A stretch of DNA of 64,000 nucleotides from Desulfomonilia bacterium. GTDB lineage: Bacteria; Desulfobacterota; Desulfomonilia; UBA1062. Below the pieces are notes generated by a model, which saw only the letters and a list, made by a program, of their open reading frames with translations, had not been told where the DNA came from and did no database searches. Each line of letters opens with the position of its first letter. Within the stretch, counting starts at the first letter, position 1. Where the stretch lies: assembly GCA_963664325.2 (NCBI GenBank), contig CAXXDQ010000004.1:576001-640000 (forward strand). The letters run 5' to 3'. Both the position numbers and the translations under genes were made by a program. Shown piece by piece: positions 37,884 through 47,419 of this stretch.

Positions 37884-38246
37884 CCAGACTATAACTTTTG
37901 CAGTGTATGAAGTGTTTCTCGGTCCAGATTCCATTTCGGGATATATTATAGCGTCCGCTCCTTTTTCGCATGCTTGCCGCTTTAAATAGTCAAATATGTA
38001 TTCATCATATCCATTACGTTCAGTTATCCTAATAACAGTTAATATCCCATATGGTTTGGTGATTTTATTTTCTTCAATGATTTTTATTGTTTTGGTGCAA
38101 TCGACTATCCGCTGTTCTTCTATTTGTGCCTGTTCGGCCTCTTTAGCCATTTGTTCCTTTTGTTCATTCGTAAGATTTGCATATCTACTGGAAGTACAGC
38201 TTATTAATAATAAAATTCCAACACAAAATAGAAATATGTTTTTCAT
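37875..38246 (-). CDS. Hypothetical lipoprotein
   Basis: MKN..hydrophobic..LLISC lipobox; LKRQACEKGADAII motif; AGGAAGG RBS. Confidence 0.75.
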   Translation of the reverse strand: MKNIFLFCVGILLLISCTSSRYANLTNEQKEQMAKEAEQAQIEEQRIVDCTKTIKIIEENKITKPYGILTVIRITERNGYDEYIFDYLKRQACEKGADAIIYPEMESGPRNTSYTAKVIVWSK

Positions 38247-38469
38247 TTAAACCCTTCCTTACAATGGCAAACAATCATAATTAACATATTACACCATGAG
38301 ACCTATAATTTCCATCATGCCTTAAGTCAAAAGTAATCATAGTAACTATTCGTTATTTAACAGTTTAAATCGAGTTTTCAGGGGACGCTCATGAAAATAT
38401 GACTGGAAGTCTCATGTTCCTTTGAAATTATAAATCCAAGGTGTATTTATAAAGCAGGTCGCTAGCGAT

Positions 38470-38554
38470 AAGCTGATCAGCAATTGAGCTGATAAACAAA
38501 ATCAAGGACAAGAAAAGGTTTTGCTCAACAGCTTATCAGCTTAACAGCTCAACA
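38470..38554. repeat. Inverted array of 8-nt tandem units (REP-like)
   Basis: GCTCAACA-GCTTATCA-GCTTAACA-GCTCAACA at 38523-38554; 38470-38489 pairs with 38523-38542 at 17 of 20 positions. Confidence 0.65.
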
Positions 38555-38573
38555 ACTTTTAACTGAGGCAGAT

Positions 38574-39155
38574 ATGAAAAGCGAACGGGAAAAAATGGTG
38601 AGCGGAGAGCTTTATATTTCAAGCGACCCCGAACTCATCGCAGCGCGCAGGCGGGCGAGGCTCCTGATCGATGCGTTCAATGCAACGACGGACGAACAAT
38701 GGGACGAGCGCGCCAGGATCATAAAAGAGCTCATACCGGAATCCGGAAAGGGCGTATTCATCGAGCCGCCTTTCTTCTGTGATTACGGGAACAATATCAG
38801 GCTCGGCGATAGTGTGTTCTTCAATTTTAATTGCGTCATACTCGATAGCGGCCCGCCTGTGACAATAGGCTCGCATGTAATGTTCGGCCCGGCGGTACAG
38901 GTCTACGCAGCGACGCACCCCATGAGCGCCTCCGTGCGCAGGAAAGGCCTGGAGTTCGGAAAGGCCGTCGAGATAGGAGATGACGTCTGGATAGGCGGCG
39001 GCGCCATAATATGCCCGGGCGTGAAGATCGGCTCAAGGGCCGTAATCGGCGCAGGCAGCGTAGTGACAAGGGATATACCCCCGGATGTCTTCGCCGCAGG
39101 CAATCCGTGCAGGGTCGTCAGAGATATAACGGAAAACTCAGGCGATATCGATTAA
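38574..39155 (+). CDS. maa: Sugar O-acetyltransferase (maltose/galactoside type)
   Basis: EREKM..GELY, PPFFCDYG.NI, hexapeptide repeats and AGNPCRV motif. Confidence 0.9.
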   Translation: MKSEREKMVSGELYISSDPELIAARRRARLLIDAFNATTDEQWDERARIIKELIPESGKGVFIEPPFFCDYGNNIRLGDSVFFNFNCVILDSGPPVTIGSHVMFGPAVQVYAATHPMSASVRRKGLEFGKAVEIGDDVWIGGGAIICPGVKIGSRAVIGAGSVVTRDIPPDVFAAGNPCRVVRDITENSGDID

Positions 39156-39220
39156 AAGCCCATTCACTCCGGCCCTCCCAGGAGAAAAAGCCCAAGACAT
39201 CCTTGAGTTAAACTACCGGG

Positions 39221-40213
39221 CTACTGACCGAGCTGCTGCGCCAGTTTCTGTATGGTCTTGAAAACAGTGGAGGCGGCGCCGCCAATTGTATCACGAAGAG
39301 ACTGCTTGGCCTGAACTATCATGCCATCGGTTGTGAGAGTGGCCGTATTCACGGTTGAGGCGACCTGGTTCAGGGCATTTATCCGTGACTGAATGATATT
39401 TTTCCAGTCCTGCCTGCACGAGCTGTCGGTCAGGTCCGTACAGGACGGAAGAGTGACCGTCTCTTTCGTGCATGTAAGGAGCAGGTTCTTTTCGCTGTCC
39501 GACAAGGCTGTTTGCGCCTCGATCTTCGCGAGCATTGCATTAAGATGATCGATGGTAGACGAAATATCGCCCGGACTTATCGTTGTTGCATCCTGAATCA
39601 TCTTGTTTACCGCATTGTCGAAGTCTTCGGCATACTGCTGGTACGTGTTTATAATCCCGGATGTCAGATCGTTAGAAATATTATAATCCTCGCCTGACGG
39701 CAGCGCGGCATATGCCGGTTCGTGGACATCATTCAGGAAGATGATAATCAGTTCGCCCAGTTCGATACTGTCCCCGGCATAAGTCAATTCATCGAAAGTC
39801 ATTAAAGCGAGCGCATCAAAGGAAAGCTCCTCCTTCTCTTCGTCGTATACGGGGTTCGATACCGTGATAAAGCGGAGGTCGTATGACCCCCGGCCGTCGT
39901 CTTCGAATATTACCGCATCGACATGCGGTCCGGTGTACTGTTCATTCCAGTGCGTCGAGAGGCAGGACTGCATTTCCAGCGTTCCGATGTGAACATCCGG
40001 GCCGTTCTCGACATACCAGCCCATTTCCGGCTTCACTCCGCTCAGTACAAGCCGGTGCTCTCTGTAGGAGACTTCATATATAGTTCCCGAGTCGGCTGCA
40101 GCCGCAAAATAGACGTTTGACGGAAATCCGTCGTTGTCTGACGCGGAGCATGCGCACAGGAGCATAATGACCGGAATAATAACGTAGACAGAGTTGTTCA
40201 CAGGGATCTTCAT
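39221..40213 (-). CDS. Hypothetical lipoprotein
   Basis: LLCAC lipobox; beta-rich N-terminal half and helical C-terminal half. Confidence 0.8.
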   Translation of the reverse strand: MKIPVNNSVYVIIPVIMLLCACSASDNDGFPSNVYFAAAADSGTIYEVSYREHRLVLSGVKPEMGWYVENGPDVHIGTLEMQSCLSTHWNEQYTGPHVDAVIFEDDGRGSYDLRFITVSNPVYDEEKEELSFDALALMTFDELTYAGDSIELGELIIIFLNDVHEPAYAALPSGEDYNISNDLTSGIINTYQQYAEDFDNAVNKMIQDATTISPGDISSTIDHLNAMLAKIEAQTALSDSEKNLLLTCTKETVTLPSCTDLTDSSCRQDWKNIIQSRINALNQVASTVNTATLTTDGMIVQAKQSLRDTIGGAASTVFKTIQKLAQQLGQ

Positions 40214-40220
40214 ATTGTAC

Positions 40221-40247
40221 TTTTCGGATTAAACGGCCTAAACTTAA
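40221..40247 (-). promoter_or_regulatory. Sigma28-like promoter (possibly leaderless transcript)
   Basis: TTAAGTTT-N11-TCCGAAAA ending 7 nt before ATG 40213; no SD. Confidence 0.45.
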
Positions 40248-40366
40248 GACCTTTGCGTCAGGTTTTTCCCACTTATCCGCTTTGTCGGCTATGACACGGT
40301 CATGGAGGTGATGTCCGTAAATGCCCGGGTGAAAGTTTAATCGGGACCGTTAATCTGTCACCCCTG

Positions 40367-41875
40367 TTAACGTGGTTTTTCCATGTATCGCTCGAAGGTT
40401 GCGACATAGTCCTCAAGTCCGGCAAACGGGGTTGCCGGAATCCGCTCCGGATGCGTGCTGAAACGCCCTGCCAGCATCTTCGGCGATACGCCTTCGAGGG
40501 CGGCCAGACCCAGTATGGCTGCGCCCAGGGCCGAGGCCTCGTTCAGGTCGGTGCAGATGACCGGCGCATCCGGGAACATGGATGCGATCAGGTGGGTAAA
40601 GAGCGTGTTGTGTGAAAATCCGCCTGCTATGATGGCTGTCCTGCCGGGCGTGATGCCTGCACGCAGCATGGCCTTGCGGGTATGCAGGGCCATGCTCAGC
40701 ATCAGGATATTGTAGGTGCGTTCATAATCCTTTACGAACCCGGGGCCCTGACCCATGAAAACCTGCTCAAGCGTAAAGGTTTTATCGCCTTCGACAAAGC
40801 GCGCCGGCGAGTGCATGTACATGCCGAAGGGGACTATGGCAGGCAGGATGAACTCATTATTTTGCTTCAAAATATTCCCGATGAGAGCGGGGTTGAAATC
40901 GGGATGATCACGCCTGCCATGGCTTCCCTCAAGGAATCCCATGTACAGGTCGAACTCCAGTCCGGCCACGAAAAGCGCGGTCTTGAAAACGCCGCCAAAG
41001 CCGTCCAGGTTGAAGTAGACCATTTCGCCGATTTCATCTTCGGCCAGCCGGGGCTCAGGCACTGGATGCATGACCACGCACATCGAACCGGTTGACACCA
41101 TCACGAAATCCTTGGGCTCCCTTATTAGAAAGGGCACCATGGCGGCATTGGAGTCATGGACGCCCATGGTCACGACCACATCTGTTGAAAGGCCTGTCTG
41201 CCGGGCGATCTCAGGCGTGAGCGTGCCCAATATATCCCAGGAATTTGAAACCACGCTGGGGATCATTTCCTGTACGCCCAGAAGGTTTCTCACCTCTGAG
41301 AAGCGCATCTGTTCGAAATCCCACAATGCCGTATGAGTTCCTGCATAAGTTATGTCCATTCCGGTTTTTCCGGTAAGGAGATAACCGTAGTACTGCGGCA
41401 GGCCGAGGATTTTTCTGGTGCGGGCGAACCCTTCGGGATAGTGAGTCTTGACATAGTATATCCCGCGTGCGATCACGCTCAGGTACGGCATGCGCGGGGT
41501 GGCCATGCGGCGTTGGATATCGCGAGGGTCGCCTACGGATGCGTCGAAATCCGCATGGAAGGCCTCGCCGGGATCGGTTGAACCGGAAAGGGCCGGTACG
41601 GCGAGGCTGCCGTTTTCGTCCAGACAGACGAAAGTGCCGCCATAGGTGGATATGGAAATGGCCGTAATATTGTAGCGTTTTCCCATCTCAGAGAGCGAAT
41701 CGAGGAAAAATCCGGTTACGGCCTCAACTGGTTCATGGTTTTCCGTCCCGTGGGCAACATCGTCGATGGTGGCGAAGACACTGTCCACCTGGTTCAGGTT
41801 CAGATCATAGATGAGGAGCTTCTTGTTGGTTCGGCCTACGTCCAGAACTGCTATATGGCGTGCATCCTGACTCAT
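40367..41875 (-). CDS. FGGY family carbohydrate kinase
   Basis: VLDVGRTNKK, HTALWDF, GVHDSNAA, STGS, GGFS.N and ASALGAA motifs. Confidence 0.85.
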   Translation of the reverse strand: MSQDARHIAVLDVGRTNKKLLIYDLNLNQVDSVFATIDDVAHGTENHEPVEAVTGFFLDSLSEMGKRYNITAISISTYGGTFVCLDENGSLAVPALSGSTDPGEAFHADFDASVGDPRDIQRRMATPRMPYLSVIARGIYYVKTHYPEGFARTRKILGLPQYYGYLLTGKTGMDITYAGTHTALWDFEQMRFSEVRNLLGVQEMIPSVVSNSWDILGTLTPEIARQTGLSTDVVVTMGVHDSNAAMVPFLIREPKDFVMVSTGSMCVVMHPVPEPRLAEDEIGEMVYFNLDGFGGVFKTALFVAGLEFDLYMGFLEGSHGRRDHPDFNPALIGNILKQNNEFILPAIVPFGMYMHSPARFVEGDKTFTLEQVFMGQGPGFVKDYERTYNILMLSMALHTRKAMLRAGITPGRTAIIAGGFSHNTLFTHLIASMFPDAPVICTDLNEASALGAAILGLAALEGVSPKMLAGRFSTHPERIPATPFAGLEDYVATFERYMEKPR

Positions 41876-41998
41876 GAAATCCTCCTTGGTATTTCCTGTC
41901 CTGTTCAAGTCCTGCATGGCTGCCGGTTAAATCATGCCTGCAGCGGTGCTCTGTATTTTTTCTAACTTTCGGATCGGGAAGGCGTGTCACAGCGTTTT

Positions 41999-43648
41999 CT
42001 ATGACAGGATCGCGCCTTTCGATGCCGAGCCCACATATTTCACGTATCTGCGGATATATCCCTCCGGCAGTTCCCTTCTGGCAGGTTTCCAGGCAGCCTT
42101 CCTGTTTTTCAGCTCTTCATCGGAGACATGCAGCTCAAGCGATCTTCCCGGGATGTCTATGGTTATCTCGTCGCCGTCTTTTACCAAAGCGATGGGTCCG
42201 CCGTCGTACGCCTCCGGCGCCACGTGGCCTATGCACGGCCCCTCGGTTCCGCCCGAGAACCGGCCGTCCGTTATAATGGCCGTTTTCTTGATGCCAAGCG
42301 CTGAAAGGCCCATGGTCACGGCCAGGGTTTCAGGCATGCCGGGTCCGCCCTTCGGACCCTCGTTCCTGATGACGAGGATCTCATTTTCGCGGACATTATT
42401 CTCTCGCAAGGCCATGAGGGCGTCATGCTCGGATTCGAACACCCGCGCAGGAGCGGTGAACTTCATCATGTCCTTTGCAACGGCCGACTGTTTGATGACA
42501 GAGCCTTCCGGGGAAAGGTTGCCGTAAAGGACCACGGTCCCGCCCTCGGGGTAGAATGCATCTGCTTTATCCGGTATCACATCGGCATCCTTAACTGTAA
42601 AGAGCGGCATCAGATCGCCCCATGTCAGTCCGAGTGCCGTCTTTGCGTCTGTGTGGATGTCGCCTGCAAGGACCTTGATGACGGCTGGCACGCCTCCTGC
42701 CATAAAGAAGTCTATCATCCCGTCCGGGCCGTTGGGCATGAGTTTGCAGAGCGTGGGTATTTTCGTGTTGAAGTCGTTGAACTTCTTTATGGGGAAGTCG
42801 ATGCCGAGATCATGCGCAATCGCCGGGATGTGCAGGGCCGCATTTGTCGATCCGCCTATGGCGAGATCGATCATGAGCGCGTTTTCGAGCGCCTTCATGT
42901 CCACGATCTTTCTTATCGTGAGGTCTTCCTCAACCATCGAGACGATCCGTTTTCCGGAATTCCTGGCAAACAGCAGCTTCTTCGAATGAAAACCCGGGAC
43001 GCTTGATGACCCCGGAAGGGTGAGGCCCATCGCTTCAACAATGCTCTGCATGGTGTTTGCCGTTCCGATGACCTCGCACGACCCGCATGTGGCCGCGGTG
43101 ATGGTTTCGGCCTTGCATATGGGATCATCGAAATCCAGGTTTGAGATGCTTTTTCTCTTTTTCTGCTCGGGATTGAACCTGATCTGCCAGGAGCCAGGTC
43201 CTCCTGTCAGGAATATGGAGGGCAGGTTCAGCCTGGAAGCGGCCATCACCATGCCCGGGATGATTTTGTCGCAGCTCGCTATCATCACTATCGCGTCATA
43301 CTGCATGCTGCGGCAATGGGTTTCCACAATATCGGCAATCAGGTCCCGCTGGGCCAGGATGAATCGCATGCCGCTGTTGCCTTCGGTCAGGACGTCGCAC
43401 GGGGCGGGCACACTGAACTCCATCGGGATGCCTCCGGCCATGAACACGCCTTCCTTGACCTTCTCGGCAAGATTTCCAAGGTGCATGTGCCCCGGGTTGA
43501 TATCCGTCTGGGAATTGACTATGCCTATGATCGGCTTCTGGTTCAAGTCCTCCTTCTCAAAGCCCAGGCCGTCCAGACACTGCAGGCGCGCCACGCAGAT
43601 CGGGAAATCATTGGTATCGAATATGGGCTGGCTCCTGAGTTTTTTCAT
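41999..43648 (-). CDS. IlvD/Edd family dehydratase (probable sugar-acid dehydratase)
   Basis: SCDKIIPG, GSC...GTANTM, GGSTN, GPKGGPGMPE, TDGRFSG and GHVAPEA motifs. Confidence 0.9.
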   Translation of the reverse strand: MKKLRSQPIFDTNDFPICVARLQCLDGLGFEKEDLNQKPIIGIVNSQTDINPGHMHLGNLAEKVKEGVFMAGGIPMEFSVPAPCDVLTEGNSGMRFILAQRDLIADIVETHCRSMQYDAIVMIASCDKIIPGMVMAASRLNLPSIFLTGGPGSWQIRFNPEQKKRKSISNLDFDDPICKAETITAATCGSCEVIGTANTMQSIVEAMGLTLPGSSSVPGFHSKKLLFARNSGKRIVSMVEEDLTIRKIVDMKALENALMIDLAIGGSTNAALHIPAIAHDLGIDFPIKKFNDFNTKIPTLCKLMPNGPDGMIDFFMAGGVPAVIKVLAGDIHTDAKTALGLTWGDLMPLFTVKDADVIPDKADAFYPEGGTVVLYGNLSPEGSVIKQSAVAKDMMKFTAPARVFESEHDALMALRENNVRENEILVIRNEGPKGGPGMPETLAVTMGLSALGIKKTAIITDGRFSGGTEGPCIGHVAPEAYDGGPIALVKDGDEITIDIPGRSLELHVSDEELKNRKAAWKPARRELPEGYIRRYVKYVGSASKGAILS

Positions 43649-44080
43649 CTTTGTCCCTCCTTATAAAAGGTTGTCGATCAAGTTTATGGCTTGTTCATAC
43701 CGGTTAATATCTTGTCCCGTAACTTCCTTCTGCAAGCTTCTTCTTGCTTCCGGTGCGGGAATATGATGTTTGTTTGGTTGACCCGTTCTTCTCTTCTGAA
43801 AAGGAACCAAGCCCTTTCCTGTATCGTTTAGCACAAGTCGGATCAAAAGGGCTAGTAGGGCATGCAAGTATTGCATCAGGCTCGGATTTTTTGCTTGCGA
43901 TATACGACCGCAGTCATATGATTATCATCCGGAGGCTCTTATCGCAGTATGGAAAGTTCAGTGCGCCATGACGCTCGATAATTCGGCTGCCGGGAGCTGC
44001 TGAATATTTTTATTGAACAAAACAGGTGAACAACCGAAAAGGCGGGAAAGAAAACCCGTTACCGGAATAAGGAGGTTGCC

Positions 44081-45064
44081 ATGATGTTTGAAGGTGTTTT
44101 CCCAGTCGTACCGACCCCGCTCTTTGATGACGAACAGGTTGATCACAAGGGTTTGAAGCATCTGATCGAATACTACATTACCAGCGGGTGCCACGGCCTG
44201 GTGGTCATGGGCAGCGGGGGCGAGTTCCCCTATGTCACGCTTGAGGAGCGGCGCGCTATTATCTCCTCCGCCGCAGAGGCGAATGCCGGGCGCGTGCCGC
44301 TTGTATCAGGATGCGGCTTCTACAGCCTTCAGGAAACCCTCGCCTTCTTAAGCTCCTGTGAGGGATTGCCGCTCGACGGACTTCTGGTGGCGCTGCCGAC
44401 ATATTTTCCGCTGAAGTTCGATGACGTTTTCAGCTATTATAAAGAGATCGCCCGGCGAGCGCCCTGCCCTGTACTCTATTACCACTTCCCGCAGATGACC
44501 GGCCTTTTCTTCACCCCGGAACAGCTCGGGCAAATCCTGAGGATCGACGGCATTGCGGGCATGAAGGTGAGCTGCTTCTGCCTGAAGGAAATGCGCCAGC
44601 TCCTGGAACAGGCGCCTGCCGGGAGGTTCAGCCTCTTTGCCGGCGTGGGCTTCCTGCTGCGCCATACCATTGAAATGGGAGGCCGCGGTGTCATCGACCC
44701 CGTCGCCTCATTCGCCCCGTACCTGGTTGTGGAGGCTTATAATGCATGCAGGAAAGGCGACGCACAGCGTTCGCTGGAACTCCAGGAGAGGATTCTTGAT
44801 ATGATCCCGGTTTTGAATTCGTTCGCTCTTCCGGCCTTTGTCCAGAAGAGGGGCTTCAAGCTGATGTCGCAGATGCCCAAACCGTCGCGCACTTCCGGCA
44901 GGGCCGCCCGGCACGCCGTCATCAAGGAGGTCATCAGGCAGCTAGGCCATCCGGTTACTCCGCGTGTCCGCACGCCCCTGCCCCAGCTCACGGATAAGGA
45001 ACGCGAGCAGATAAAGGCTTTCATTGCGGGCAACCCCGATCTAACCAGCGTGTCCCATCGATGA
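44081..45064 (+). CDS. DHDPS/NAL family class I aldolase or dehydratase
   Basis: GVFPVVPTP, GSGGEF, LYYHFP..TG and Schiff-base GMKVS motifs. Confidence 0.88.
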   Translation: MMFEGVFPVVPTPLFDDEQVDHKGLKHLIEYYITSGCHGLVVMGSGGEFPYVTLEERRAIISSAAEANAGRVPLVSGCGFYSLQETLAFLSSCEGLPLDGLLVALPTYFPLKFDDVFSYYKEIARRAPCPVLYYHFPQMTGLFFTPEQLGQILRIDGIAGMKVSCFCLKEMRQLLEQAPAGRFSLFAGVGFLLRHTIEMGGRGVIDPVASFAPYLVVEAYNACRKGDAQRSLELQERILDMIPVLNSFALPAFVQKRGFKLMSQMPKPSRTSGRAARHAVIKEVIRQLGHPVTPRVRTPLPQLTDKEREQIKAFIAGNPDLTSVSHR

Positions 45065-45139
45065 AGGGGGCCGGAAGGCCGGGATGCGCCAGCGCCCTTG
45101 AAATCAAGGGGAAATTCAAATTTTAATACAGGAGGGTAT

Positions 45140-46108
45140 ATGGATAAGGTCGTTTCACTGGCGCCTCTTCCGGCAGCGATCTTCAAAGAGCTGTTCAGGA
45201 TGCACGGGATTGAGGATGTCGAGGTCGTTGATGCCAGCGACTTTGATGCCGCTCAGATCGTAGAGACTGTCAGTGATGCTGATTACATCATCGGGGATTA
45301 TCGCCACCATTGTCAAATCTCCCGGGAGGTTGTCCAGGCCGCCAGGAAGGTAAAGCTTATTCAGCAACCCAGCGTAGGGTACGAGATCATCGATGTTGAA
45401 GCCTGCAGGGAGTTCGGAATAAAGGCGGCCAACACAGCCGGCGCCAATACTGTTGCCGTGGCCGAGCAGACAATCATGACCGCCTTGTGCCTGCTCAAGA
45501 ATCTCATTTGCGCCGCGCGCACGACATCGGCCGGGGAATGGCGGCAGTTGGATATACGGGCCGCCGAGCTCAGCGGGAAAACCTGGGGCATTGTCGGCCT
45601 GGGCCGTATAGGCAGGGCCGTGGCCGAACGGCTGATTCCCTTCGGCGTGCGCACTGTCTACTATGATCCTTTGCGGCCGGATGCGGAAGGGGAGGAACGC
45701 TACCGGGTGACATATGCAGAACTGGATGACGTGCTCAGGCAATCCGACATACTGAGCCTGCACTGTCCGCTCACACCGGTGACGAAGGGTATGATCGACA
45801 GTCGGAAAATCGCTCTGATGAAGGCCGGGGCAATGATTGTCAACACCGCGCGGGGTGAGGTAATAGAGGAGGAGGCCCTGGCCGGGGCGCTGAGCGAAGG
45901 CCGGCTGAGCGGAGCGGCCCTGGATGTCTTCGCCGTCGAACCCATAAAACCGGACAACCGGCTGCTGCCCCTGGCTGGCGACAAGGTGATCCTGACGCCG
46001 CATATAGCGGGGGTGACCCAGGAGGCCCAGGGACGTATCATCACCATGACCATTGCCAACATCGTAAGGGTTATGCAGGGGCAGTCCCCGGAAAACCTGA
46101 TAACATAA
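45140..46108 (+). CDS. D-isomer-specific 2-hydroxyacid dehydrogenase
   Basis: GLGRIG, SLHCPLT, NTARG, ALDVF..EP and TPHIAG motifs; GGAGG RBS. Confidence 0.93.
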   Translation: MDKVVSLAPLPAAIFKELFRMHGIEDVEVVDASDFDAAQIVETVSDADYIIGDYRHHCQISREVVQAARKVKLIQQPSVGYEIIDVEACREFGIKAANTAGANTVAVAEQTIMTALCLLKNLICAARTTSAGEWRQLDIRAAELSGKTWGIVGLGRIGRAVAERLIPFGVRTVYYDPLRPDAEGEERYRVTYAELDDVLRQSDILSLHCPLTPVTKGMIDSRKIALMKAGAMIVNTARGEVIEEEALAGALSEGRLSGAALDVFAVEPIKPDNRLLPLAGDKVILTPHIAGVTQEAQGRIITMTIANIVRVMQGQSPENLIT

Positions 46109-46328
46109 AACGCCTGTCGGCTATACAGGGTAATGAAAGCCGCTTCCCGTGAATAGCAGGCCCGGGCAGCAGTTTCCTATTCCGGGGGACGCCGGAAAAT
46201 CAAGGATTGTCACGCTTTAAGCAGCATCAAAATCGAATCTTGTTCCGTCTGAATAAAATGGCAGGACATAAGGGGACGCCGGTAACCGATTAACAGTGCG
46301 GCGTCACCCGCATATCCTTCATGGCCTC

Positions 46329-47255
46329 TCAGTCATAATTGACAGGCGTCAGATACTCGGGCCTGCTGTGCGCATCCCAGAACGCCTTGTGGATCTTCAT
46401 TGAAACCGGGCCTGCTTTGCCGTCGCTCAGAACGGCGTCATCCACCTTCCTTACAGGCATGATTCCGCCCGCAGTGGTGCTCATGAATACTTCATCCGCA
46501 CCGCGCACTTCATCCGCGGTAATCTTGCAGGCCCTGGCCGGTATGTTCATTTCCTTTGCAAGCTCGAAGACCGTCTGGCGGGTAATGCCGAGCAGACAGC
46601 CGTCATCCGGTGTTTTGAGTTCGCCGTTCCTGTATATCCATACATTGAATCCCACGCCCTCGGTTAAATAACCATTGCTGTCCAGAAGGAATGCCGTGAA
46701 TGCGCCTTTTTTGTGAGCTTCAATGTCAGCCCTGACCAGGTCTCCCCAATGGTGATTTTTAATGGTGGGGTCTACGCATTCTTTCGGTATCCGGGGAACT
46801 GAACTGATTATCGCATCGACTCCGGTACTGTGCAGTTCCGGTTCAACGACCCAGACGAAATCGCAGTTGAAGGCATAGAACTGGTTCTGGTACTTCTCAA
46901 AATTCTTGGGATCTTCTATATCCGGAATACCCCTTGTTGCGCACATGAAAACGTATGAGTTTCTGAGCTGTGAGATTGCTACCATGTCGATCAGGATTTG
47001 CCTCATCTCCTGCTTGGTCTTGGGCAGGGAGGTAAGGCCGAGTCCCTGATAACTCTTTTCGAAGCGGTTCATGTGGTCATCCAGCCTGAAGAAGCTTCCC
47101 TGCCAGACGCTTACCACGTCATAGCAGACGTCGCTGTGCAGAAAACCCATATCGATTATGGGGATCGTCCCTTCCAGGACTGAAACTATTTTTGTGCCGT
47201 TGTAGGCGGCTCCCAGTGCGTAAATGCCTGCATCCTTGATCTTTTCTTCGCTCAT
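46329..47255 (-). CDS. Class IV PLP aminotransferase, (R)-selective amine transaminase-like
   Basis: GFLHSDVCYDV.SVW.G.FFRLDDH, PTIKNHHWGDL, EGVGFN, LLGITR and STTAGG motifs. Confidence 0.85.
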   Translation of the reverse strand: MSEEKIKDAGIYALGAAYNGTKIVSVLEGTIPIIDMGFLHSDVCYDVVSVWQGSFFRLDDHMNRFEKSYQGLGLTSLPKTKQEMRQILIDMVAISQLRNSYVFMCATRGIPDIEDPKNFEKYQNQFYAFNCDFVWVVEPELHSTGVDAIISSVPRIPKECVDPTIKNHHWGDLVRADIEAHKKGAFTAFLLDSNGYLTEGVGFNVWIYRNGELKTPDDGCLLGITRQTVFELAKEMNIPARACKITADEVRGADEVFMSTTAGGIMPVRKVDDAVLSDGKAGPVSMKIHKAFWDAHSRPEYLTPVNYD

Positions 47256-47419
47256 GTTTCCTCCTTTCCTATTCTTATCAAAGTAAAGTGCAAACCATGT
47301 TGTTTATAGATTAAAATAACACTTTTGAACAGGTACAATACAATAGTGCAATGATGGGGACGTCCATGAACAAATAACCTGGTCGCCCCCGGGGGTAATG
47401 CTTCGCAACGCTATTATGC

